Shown here: positions 1-7,900 of the stretch, piece by piece
Numbering within the stretch: the first letter of the stretch is position 1
Layout: each line of letters starts with the position of its first letter
Origin: an uncultured virus (IMG/VR IMGVR_UViG_3300027907_000553)
Lineage: Duplodnaviria > Heunggongvirae > Uroviricota > Caudoviricetes
Direction: 5' to 3' (one strand)
Virus record (IMG/VR): IMGVR_UViG_3300027907_000553
Length of the DNA: 64,000 nucleotides
Notes under the pieces: generated by a model
The model's database searches: none
Seen by the model: only the letters and a program-made list of their open reading frames with translations
What the model was told of the DNA's origin: nothing
Made by a program: the position numbers and the translations under genes

Positions 1-56
1 CCGCCCCAGACGACGAGCCCGTCCCGGTCCAACCAGCGCCTGCGGGGGCGTAACAT

Positions 57-713
57 ATGCCCACCCAAGCCAGATCAGCATTCGGCATCGCCTTGCGTCT
101 TGGCGATGGTATTGCGGCCGTGTTGAACATTACCGCCGCCACCAACGCCACACCGATTGTCGTTACCACGAGTGCCGTGCACGGCATTGTCGATGTCTCC
201 AAAGTGACGGTCACGAACGTCGCCGGAAATACCGGGGCGAATGGCACCTGGATTGCCGAGGCTGTGACGCCCACGACTGCCCGGCTCCGGGGCTCAGTGG
301 GGAACGGCGCGTACACGTCGGGCGGCGTCTTCACCCTCGATAGTACCTATGCCACGATTGCGGAAGTGACGGACATCCAGGACGCGGGCATTATGGCCTC
401 GGTCATAGACGTAAGTGCGCACGACGGGATCGGTGGCTGGGGCTCGCAAATTCCTACCATGCTGTCCAACAACAGTATGCGGCTCGTTGTCAACCATGTT
501 CCCGAACATCCCACGCATGGCACAGTCACGGGCCTCATTCATCTGATGGAAACCCGCACGCGCCGTCCGTATCTTCTGGTACTGCCTAATGCTACTAAGA
601 CAACTTGGTGGTTCTCAGGGTACTGTGTTGGGTGGAGAGATCAGGCCCCCATGGCGGGGGCACTGACGGCGCAAGTGACTTTTGAATTCCCCGACGCGCC
701 TATTTTGGCGTAG
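57..713 (+). CDS. Tail tube protein with an inserted E1-FCCH-like beta domain
   Basis: IAEVTDIQ..IDVSAHD tail-tube motif; insert ITAATNATPIVVTT..HG..YTSGG; upstream of chaperone and tape measure genes. Confidence 0.7.
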   Translation: MPTQARSAFGIALRLGDGIAAVLNITAATNATPIVVTTSAVHGIVDVSKVTVTNVAGNTGANGTWIAEAVTPTTARLRGSVGNGAYTSGGVFTLDSTYATIAEVTDIQDAGIMASVIDVSAHDGIGGWGSQIPTMLSNNSMRLVVNHVPEHPTHGTVTGLIHLMETRTRRPYLLVLPNATKTTWWFSGYCVGWRDQAPMAGALTAQVTFEFPDAPILA

Positions 714-734
714 GGCTTTTGAAAGGGTACTAAA

Positions 735-1139
735 ATTCCTACTCAAGCAATTGCCGCAACAGGCATAGTCCTCAACATGGCGGGGACCCCTGTCCCCGAA
801 GTCACCAACCTGTCGGAAGTCGGTGCCCAGTTCAATGTGGTCGATGTCAGTGCGCATGATGGTGGGAATTGGGCGAGTAAGATTCCTACCCTGCTCGATG
901 GTGGCACGATCCGCGTGTCCGCGAACTTTGTGCCCGCCAATGCGCAACATGTGGCCCTGCGGACGGCGATGATTAACCGCGTTTCTACCGCGTTTACTGT
1001 CCGGTTCCCGAATGTCGGCGCCACGACCTGGAGTTTTAATGCGTTCGTGACGCGCTACCGCATTCCGTCCGCGCCGGTCAATGGCGCGCTGCCGCTCGAA
1101 TTTGAACTGACTGTAGATGGGGCTATTACTTTTGCATGA
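735..1139 (+). CDS. Second tail tube paralog, probable ATT start
   Basis: VPEVTNLS..VDVSAHDGGNWASKIPTL is paralogous to 57..713; in-frame extension from ATT at 735 gives IPTQAIAATGIVL, matching MPTQARSAFGIAL; SD-like AAGGG at 723-727. Confidence 0.7.
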   Translation: MPTQAIAATGIVLNMAGTPVPEVTNLSEVGAQFNVVDVSAHDGGNWASKIPTLLDGGTIRVSANFVPANAQHVALRTAMINRVSTAFTVRFPNVGATTWSFNAFVTRYRIPSAPVNGALPLEFELTVDGAITFA

Positions 1140-1582
1140 GCATGACCATTACGATTGAGACGATTCACATTGACCAGGTGGTCATGACGGCCCCGGCCGC
1201 GCCCAGTCTCCGCTGGCATGTCGGGCCGGTGCAGACCACCACAGGAGGCAGCATGCCGATTGAAGTGACCCTCACGACCGAAGAGAAATGCCGACTCGCC
1301 ATTGCGCCGCTGACGGCCGGGGGCGCTCCCGCGCAGGTGGACGGGGAGGCGCAGTGGAGCGTCGAGGGGACCTGTACGATCGAGCCCATTGATGCCACGA
1401 GTGCGTGGGTGGTCGCAGGCGCCATGGGCGATAGTACGGTGAGCGTCGGCGTGGATGCCGACCTCGGCGCCGGCGTCGTCCCCATTGGCGACACCGCGCT
1501 CATCCATGTGAACAACCCCGAGGCGGCCAGTGTGGGCCTTGCGGCCGATGCGCCAGTGCTCAAAACCGAGGAGCCGGTCTAA
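1136..1582 (+). CDS. Hypothetical virion protein, possibly Ig-like
   Basis: ATGA overlap with the previous gene; beta-rich acidic composition. Confidence 0.5.
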   Translation: MSMTITIETIHIDQVVMTAPAAPSLRWHVGPVQTTTGGSMPIEVTLTTEEKCRLAIAPLTAGGAPAQVDGEAQWSVEGTCTIEPIDATSAWVVAGAMGDSTVSVGVDADLGAGVVPIGDTALIHVNNPEAASVGLAADAPVLKTEEPV

Positions 1583-1613
1583 TGCCCTCCATTGTGGCCC
1601 TCGTGCCTGTTGA

Positions 1614-1678
1614 GCCGCAGCTCACCGGAGCAAGCCGCAGCCCGACTTGGCACAAGGGAATGTAGCCTGGCTTAGAGT
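1614..1678 (-). ncRNA. Pentamer-periodic array C, putative guide RNA
   Basis: + strand units gccgc agctc accgg agcaa gccgc agccc gactt ggcac aaggg aatgt agcct ggctt agagt, at and just after the Cas7-like stop codon. Confidence 0.55.
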
Positions 1679-2238
1679 TTATGCATCGTGAACCGCCCAT
1701 ATTCGGGCCGTTCTTCCAAGATGCCAATACTCGTCCCGGCAATGACAACCAACTCATCCACTTCGCCGGGATTCAACAGCTCGTCGTTAAAGGCGAGTTG
1801 GATTTGCGTACTCCAGGGAAAGAAGATCGGACGAGTACGCAGTACGCGTTGGCCGCGCATACTCTTCGTCGTGCGATAGATAAAGTCGGCATCTTGGTAC
1901 AGCGTCTGCGGATCAGAGGGACCATCGTAGAGAAGTGTGGCGTGTTCTTCAGCCACAAGGCCCGGTTTCACCTTGGGGCCTTTTTTGAGAGTCATCGCTG
2001 CACGCAGGAGTGTAGCTTTGATCGCTTCGCGCGGAATGCACGGTTGGCCATTGTGCAGATAAAGGCTGCCCAGCCATTCCAGGTGTCCGATTTCTTCGTG
2101 ATCGGCTTCCGTCTTCTTGCGTTTGTCCGTGATCTTTTTGATAGCTTTGGTCCATTGATTGAGCGGATCGGACAATTGCCCATTGTGCATCAAGAGTGGG
2201 GCCACGCCTTCGAGATGGTATTTCGCAGTCTGTTTCAC
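1672..2238 (-). CDS. Solo Cas7/RAMP-like RNA-binding protein (188 aa)
   Basis: N-terminal YHLEGVAPLLMHN, central IPREAIKATL, RTRPIF..W, C-terminal G-rich loop AGTSIGILEERPEYGRF; GTG start at 2238 with SD AGGAG. Confidence 0.7.
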   Translation of the reverse strand: MKQTAKYHLEGVAPLLMHNGQLSDPLNQWTKAIKKITDKRKKTEADHEEIGHLEWLGSLYLHNGQPCIPREAIKATLLRAAMTLKKGPKVKPGLVAEEHATLLYDGPSDPQTLYQDADFIYRTTKSMRGQRVLRTRPIFFPWSTQIQLAFNDELLNPGEVDELVVIAGTSIGILEERPEYGRFTMHKL

Positions 2239-2548
2239 AAGCAATCTCCTGATAGGAGGAGCCAAACATATGCACAACATGAGGCGGTGCCACCTCTTGC
2301 ACAGGTGGTAACTCCCTCGTTGTGTAGCGGAGACGACGTTGGTGATCCGTCACAAGGTCATGACAGGGGACACAGAGCGTTGTTAGGTCGTTTAGCTCCT
2401 CCTTTCCGAAGCGTTCATAGGTGCGGTGATGGGCTTGTAATGTCTCATCGCTATTACAGAGACGGCAGCGGTAATTATCACGGGCAAGGCACTGCGCACG
2501 AATAGTCCGCCAATAGGGGCTGGCATAGTGGGATTCATCATAGAGCAT
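1949..2548 (-). CDS. HNH endonuclease; the ORF tail overlaps the Cas7-like gene
   Basis: RDNYRCRLC..LQAHHRTY..DLTTLCVPCH. Confidence 0.8.
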   Translation of the reverse strand: MLYDESHYASPYWRTIRAQCLARDNYRCRLCNSDETLQAHHRTYERFGKEELNDLTTLCVPCHDLVTDHQRRLRYTTRELPPVQEVAPPHVVHMFGSSYQEIACETDCEIPSRRRGPTLDAQWAIVRSAQSMDQSYQKDHGQTQEDGSRSRRNRTPGMAGQPLSAQWPTVHSARSDQSYTPACSDDSQKRPQGETGPCG

Positions 2549-2550
2549 AA

Positions 2551-2780
2551 AATGTACCTAAACAAAGCAGAGCACGACTTAGTGAAGCCTAGCGTAGCGG
2601 GACCGAACGCATAAGGGCATAGCATAACCAAGCTCAGCATAACACAACGGAGCTGAACCAAGCTTTACACAACAGAGGCAACCGGAGCACAACGCAGCCA
2701 AGCTGAACGCATCACAGAGTAGCGCATCGAAGCCTAGCAGATCGCAGCGCAACGGAGCCTAACCTAACAGGGCAAAGCCT
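2551..2780 (-). ncRNA. Pentamer-periodic array B (46 units), putative guide RNA(s)
   Basis: Continuous 5-nt phase; + strand mostly A(G/A)C-NN, i.e. NN-GYT on the transcribed strand; a few degenerate units. Confidence 0.8.
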
Positions 2781-2809
2781 AAAATCTATAAGCTGGCGGC
2801 GACACAAGG

Positions 2810-2919
2810 AGCATAGCCTGGCCTAGCGAAACAAAACGAAACCTAACAGAGCAAAGCTTGTCAGAGCTTAACGTAGCAAAACATACCAGAGCGTACCCTG
2901 GCTTAGATAACCCAAGCGG
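2810..2919 (-). ncRNA. Pentamer-periodic array A (22 units), putative guide RNA
   Basis: agcat agcct ggcct agcga aacaa aacga aacct aacag agcaa agctt gtcag agctt aacgt agcaa aacat accag agcgt accct ggctt agata accca agcgg. Confidence 0.85.
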
Positions 2920-2928
2920 GGGTTGAGC

Positions 2929-3066
2929 CTACGCATCTTTATGCTGTTCTAAATAGGCATCTATGACCCTCCGCAACATCTCAGAAAAGGAAAGGCCGTG
3001 TCGTTTGGCCAGAGTCGTCAGTGCCTGAAATTGTGGAAGACTTAGCATGACGGTTATACGCTTCAT
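2929..3066 (-). CDS. Ribbon-helix-helix (CopG/Arc-like) regulator, 45 aa, absent from the ORF track
   Basis: Hand translation: MKRITVMLSLPQFQALTTLAKRHGLSFSEMLRRVIDAYLEQHKDA. Confidence 0.8.
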   Translation of the reverse strand: MKRITVMLSLPQFQALTTLAKRHGLSFSEMLRRVIDAYLEQHKDA

Positions 3067-3074
3067 AGGCATTT

Positions 3075-3103
3075 ATTATACTGACATCATATGTATGATG
3101 CAA
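3075..3103 (-). promoter_or_regulatory. sigma70 promoter with an overlapping palindromic operator
   Basis: TTGCAT-17 nt-TATAAT on the minus strand; inverted repeat CATCATA-tg-TATGATG at 3085-3100. Confidence 0.8.
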
Positions 3104-3119
3104 GCATAGAAAGTATTGT

Positions 3120-3590
3120 ATGCCTTCGATCATTCCGTTGGTAGATGTCACGCTCGATAAGCCCCGGCATCTACTCTTTACGAGGGCGGCGGTCAAGAAC
3201 ATTGAGTTGGCCCTCACACGGATCTGGGGCCGCGACTACACGTTTTTTGAGGCCGTGCGGCGGCTCAGTGAAATGTTGTTGGATAATGATCTAAGTAAAC
3301 TAAGTTATATTAATATTGCCGTCCTGCTCCACCAAGGCTGCCTGCATGAGGACCCCGCGTTGACGCTCACGCAAGTGGAAGAGTCCTTGCCCTATGCGGA
3401 CCCCACGGGACTCATCCCCTATGTCGGGCTCATCCTCCAAGCCTGGAGCCATGCGAGCCCGCAAGTGGTCGTGGAGGCCGTCACGGCTGAGGCGACAGAC
3501 AGCGACCCTTTGGCCGAATCGACTGGGGCAAGCTCTGGGCCTTTGAACGGACCTGCCTTGGTGTCAGCGACGGCGAGTTCTGGCGCATGA
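3120..3590 (+). CDS. Tail assembly chaperone (lambda gpG-like)
   Basis: Between tail tube and tape measure genes; slippery site near the 3' end. Confidence 0.75.
   Translation: MPSIIPLVDVTLDKPRHLLFTRAAVKNIELALTRIWGRDYTFFEAVRRLSEMLLDNDLSKLSYINIAVLLHQGCLHEDPALTLTQVEESLPYADPTGLIPYVGLILQAWSHASPQVVVEAVTAEATDSDPLAESTGASSGPLNGPALVSATASSGA
3506..3512 (+). other. -1 programmed ribosomal frameshift site C CCT TTG
   Basis: XXXYYYZ heptamer in the correct frame; the -1 frame is open (GRIDWGKLWAFERTCLGVSDGEFWRMT) into ORF 3587..3865. Confidence 0.8.
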
Positions 3591-3865
3591 CGTTTCTCGA
3601 AGGGCACCTGCTGGCCGAGGCGTACTGGCGGCAACAGCAGCGGCAGGTGCGACCGATGGCGATGCTCCTGCAAGCGTATTGGAACGTGCACCGGGATACG
3701 GATCAGCGCCGCGAGCCGTTTACGCTCGAGGACATGCTGGCGGTCTTAGGGTATCCCGAACCACCCGCGCCGCCTCCCCCGCCTCCTCGGTTGGAGGAGA
3801 TCGAGGAGCGGATCGGGATACTGCATAGCTTGTATACCGCGAATGGGGAGAGAAAGGCTGATTAG
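3512..3865 (+). CDS. gpT-like frameshift extension of the tail chaperone
   Basis: LGVSDGEFWRMT motif typical of G-T extensions. Confidence 0.7.
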   Translation, partial: GRIDWGKLWAFERTCLGVSDGEFWRMTFLEGHLLAEAYWRQQQRQVRPMAMLLQAYWNVHRDTDQRREPFTLEDMLAVLGYPEPPAPPPPPPRLEEIEERIGILHSLYTANGERKAD

Positions 3866-4803
3866 CCAGGAATCAGCAACAACGGTTGCACAGGTTTTAG
3901 TACGGTTCTGTTGCCCTTGGTCGAATTACAGGATTGGCAGGCCGGTACTATGTTGCTGGCGGTATGGTTGCCGCCTTTTGAAATTGGTGTGAGATGGTCC
4001 ATAGTCAAGCGTTTCATCTTGCGTCCGCAATACACACAGCGATGGCCATAATGCTGTTTCATAGCTTCCCATTGCGCACGGGTAAAGTCATTAATTGCGG
4101 TAGCAGCTTTGCGTACTCGATATCTTTCTTGATTTATCTGACGAACTTCAGGATGCGTTTGATTCCAGGCACGGTCATAGCCAGGATGGTTTTGTCGAAA
4201 ACGACGCTGGGTTTCCTTCGTCGTATCGGGATTCTCTGCGCGGTATTGACGTGCTCGTGCATTGATAGTGTCACGATGTTTCGCGTGATGGGCTCTCGCC
4301 TCTTGGCGCGCTTTTTCTGGGTCTTGCGCATAGCGAGCAGCGCTATAGGCACGTCCTTGGGCACGCAACTCTTCTCGATGCGTTTCTCGATACTTCGCTT
4401 TGATTGCCCGTATGTCGTCTGGATGTGTTTCCGCCCAGGCACGATTTGCCGCATCGCGTGCTTCTTTATGCTTTTGATACGACTGCCGATGTTGTTCCTG
4501 TATTTTTTCACGGTTGGCTTGATAAGCAGCATTGCGTTTCAAGCGGATTTCTTCACGATTGGCAGCCCACCACTCACGGTGCTTGGCGCTCCTTTCTTCC
4601 TTATGGGCATCTCGGTATTCCTTGGCTTGTGCAAGAAGGGCTTCTCGGTTGGCCGCATAGTAGCGTGCATCGTTTGCGCGGATCGTTTCCTTATGCGCGT
4701 CACGATAGGCTTTGCTCTGCGCCGCATGGTCACGTGCCCATTGGCGTTGATACTGTCGATGAGCTTCCAGTTGTTCAGGGGTCTTCGGACGTTTCGATGG
4801 CAT
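3862..4803 (-). CDS. HNH endonuclease with a long repetitive helical N-terminus
   Basis: CVYCG..LTMDHLTPISKGGNHTASNIVPACQSCNSTK; GGAGGT SD before ATG 4803. Confidence 0.9.
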   Translation of the reverse strand: MPSKRPKTPEQLEAHRQYQRQWARDHAAQSKAYRDAHKETIRANDARYYAANREALLAQAKEYRDAHKEERSAKHREWWAANREEIRLKRNAAYQANREKIQEQHRQSYQKHKEARDAANRAWAETHPDDIRAIKAKYRETHREELRAQGRAYSAARYAQDPEKARQEARAHHAKHRDTINARARQYRAENPDTTKETQRRFRQNHPGYDRAWNQTHPEVRQINQERYRVRKAATAINDFTRAQWEAMKQHYGHRCVYCGRKMKRLTMDHLTPISKGGNHTASNIVPACQSCNSTKGNRTVLKPVQPLLLIPG

Positions 4804-4932
4804 GAGACCAACCTCCGGTTGTTGGTTCCGGTGCGATGGATACGGCAACTCGCCGGAAACGAGCTTCTCGGGTTGCAATCCCTAGCCGTACCCCCTGAGT
4901 ATAGCAGAAAAGTGGGAAGGATAGCGATTTAA

Positions 4933-7900
4933 ATGGCAGAGCTATTAGTCGGTGATGTAGTAGCCCGATTAAGACTAGATGCCAGCGGCTTTGACCAGGC
5001 GCTGACGCAGGCTCAGCAGCGTCTCACGCAACTCGCGCAGACCATGGGCCAGGTGCGTCAGCAACAGGCGAGCAGCCAGCAAGCGACGCAGCAACACGTC
5101 CAGGCGCTCCAGCAACTCACGCAAGCCGTCCAGCAACAGGCCCAAGCGGTCCAACAACAGAGCCAGGCGTCATCGCAGGCGGGCCAAGCGACACGCCAGC
5201 AGGCGCAAGCCCTCCAGCAACTCACGCAAGCCGTCCAGCAACAGGCCCAGGCCGTTCGCCAACAAGCCCAAGCTTTCCAGCAGCAAGCGCAAGCCTTTAC
5301 GCAGGCCCAACAGGCGACCCAGCAACTGACGCAGCGCCAGGCCCAACTTGCCAGTCAGGTGCAGCAGACCACTACGGCCGCGCAGGCTTCTGGGAGTGCC
5401 TTGCAGACGGCCCTCAGTGTGGCCGGCGGCATCGGCATTGCCACGAGTTTGGGCGCGATCGTCAGCCAACTCAAAGAATTTGCCGTCAGTGCGATCGATG
5501 TCGCCACTCGCATGCAATCCCTGCGTGCCTCGCTTGCCGCCTTGGGTGGAGGCATTGGTGCGGGGCAACAACAATTTGCCCAACTCTTTCAAACGGCACA
5601 GGCCCTCGGCGTCGCCTTTGAACCACTCGCCCGCGGCTGGCGGCAACTGACGGCCGCCGCCACCCAGGCCAATTTGCCCCTGGAAGATCAACGGCGGTTA
5701 CTGACTGCCGTCTCGAACGAAGCGCGGCGCGTCGGCGCGAGCAATGACGAACTGGGCCGGATCATTACGGCGCTCGCTCAGACGGCCAGTAAGGGCGTCG
5801 TGTCGATGGAAGAGCTCCGCCAGCAACTCGGCGAAGCGCTGCCTACGGCTCTGGCAGCCCTGGCCCGAGGCATGGGCTATACGACGGAACAGGTGACCAA
5901 GCTGGTGGAAACGGGCACCCTGCGCTTTGTGCCCTTTGCCCTGGCCTTTACGCGCGGCTTAGAAGACATGCAGGCGGCGAGTGGCAAGATGGCCGATGGG
6001 GCGCAGCAAGCGTTTAATCGGCTCGGGAACGCACTCATTGCCTTTAAAGATGCTCTGGGGGCCAATGTCCTGCCCGAACTTGAACGCCTCGCCAAGATTG
6101 CTACCGGCATTCTCGATACGGCGACGGCGCTCCTTGCGCTGGCGGGCGGGCGCCGTGACACCCGCCTCGCTCCCAATATGGCACAAGAAATTGCCGGCAC
6201 GCCGGATCAAGAGCGTGAGGTGCAACGCCTGCGCGGCGTGATTGCGCGGTTAGAGCAGCAAGCGGCCACGGCGGTCCCCGGACCACTGCGTGAGCAGCGC
6301 GAGGGGATGGTTCAGCGGGCCAAGGAAGAGCTCGACACCCTCCTCGAAGTGATCCAAGGGACAAAGAACGAGACTGCTGAACAACAAAAACTCACCGAAG
6401 AGGCGAACCGGACTAAATCTGCCCGCGAGCAGGAGGCGGCGTTCCTTCAGACGATTACGCGGCAACTGGAAGAGGTTCGGAAGAAAGAGGCCGACCTTGC
6501 CGAATCTTCCCGAAAAGCCCCCAATGTCTTTGGGAGTCCGACTGGCACGCCGGAACAACAGGCCGAGTTTGCCAAGCGCCGTCAACAGTTGCTCGAACAG
6601 GAAACTGAGAAACTCACAGCGACGCTCAACCTCCGGCCCGCCAATGTCACACTGACCCCAGCTATTCAGGAACAACTAAAAAATCTGGGGCTCCTCGATC
6701 AGGCCTACGCCAAGGCCGCGCAGACGGTGGATCGCCTCAAGGAGGCGGAGCAAGCGCGTGCCCGTGCGGCGCGTGAACTGGAAGCGCAGCGGGAGCGCGT
6801 GCCCGCTCAGGTCAGTGCGCTGCAAGCCTTTGAAGAACGCCTCGGGGCCTTTGTGCGCCGGCCCACGGAGAACCTGGCGGAAGAGGCCGCCAGTCGGGTA
6901 CGTGTGGCGGGCGCCGCCATGCAAAAGGAACTCGATACCCAGATTCGCACCTTTGAAACTTCGAAGCCCCTGCAGGCGGCAGACCCTGCCGCCTTAGCGC
7001 GGTTGCGCGGTCAGCGCGACGCCCTTACCCAGGCGACCGATGTCCAAGCGCAGGAAGCCTATACCACCGCCCTGGCCAAGCAGATGAGTACGCTTAACGA
7101 TCTCGCCCGCTCGTATGGCTTTGTGACCAAGGAAGCCAGTGATCTCGCCCGTGCCGAAGAAGAAGCCGCTCGGTTTGCCGGGACGCCCCTCCAGGCACAG
7201 GCGGAGGAGCGGCTCCAGGTAGTTCGCGATGTGGCGACGATCGAAGCCCAGATCGTGGATTTAAAGCGGCAGGCCGCTGCCAGTGAACGGGCAGGACTGG
7301 AGGCCATGAAAGAGGCCAGAGCCAGTACGGCCTTTGACGTGACGCTGACCGAGCAACTGGAGCGGTTGCGTGCACCCCGTGAGGAACGCCCGGAACTGCG
7401 CTTGCGCGAACAAGCGCGGCGGCAAGGCGTAGAGGTGACCCCCGAGCGCGAAGCGCGCCTCCAAGCCATTACCGCGCAAGTGCGCTTTAACGAGATCATG
7501 CAAGCCACCGAGCGCATTGGCGATGCTGCCGCACAGACGCTCACCCAGGGCCTCCAAAGCATTATTGATGGCACACAACGCGTGAGCGATGCCTTCCGGC
7601 TCATGGCCAAGAGTATTCTCGATTCAGTCGCCCAGATTGCCCTCAACGAGGGCTTTCGCACGCTGATTCGGCTCGGCATTACGGCGATTGGCGCGGTCTT
7701 TGCCCCAGGGGTGACCGGCGGGGTCACGGGGGGGGCGACGACCGGGTCCATTGCGGCCGGTGTCGGGGGCAATTGGAGCGGCAGCGGATTGCAACACGGG
7801 GGCATCATTAATAAGCCCACGATGATCCTTGCGGGTGAAAATCCAGCGATGAATCCTGAATACGTCTTGAATCGGCCCCAGATGCAAGCGCTGATGAGTG

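Noticed and set aside
1681..2505. 274-aa plus-strand ORF
   Set aside because: Antisense shadow of the Cas7-like and HNH genes
2392..2661. 89-aa minus-strand ORF over array B
   Set aside because: By-product of the 5-nt periodic array; overlaps the HNH start and has no recognisable motif
2616..2675. Decoding this segment to portal HGITG or VirB4 WHPV
   Set aside because: Only 4-5 dinucleotides match, within chance
2551..2919. Canonical CRISPR array or microsatellite
   Set aside because: No 23-47 bp repeats; units vary systematically at two of five positions
3994..4932. Hydrophobic 312-aa plus-strand ORF
   Set aside because: Antisense shadow of the K/R/E-rich HNH gene
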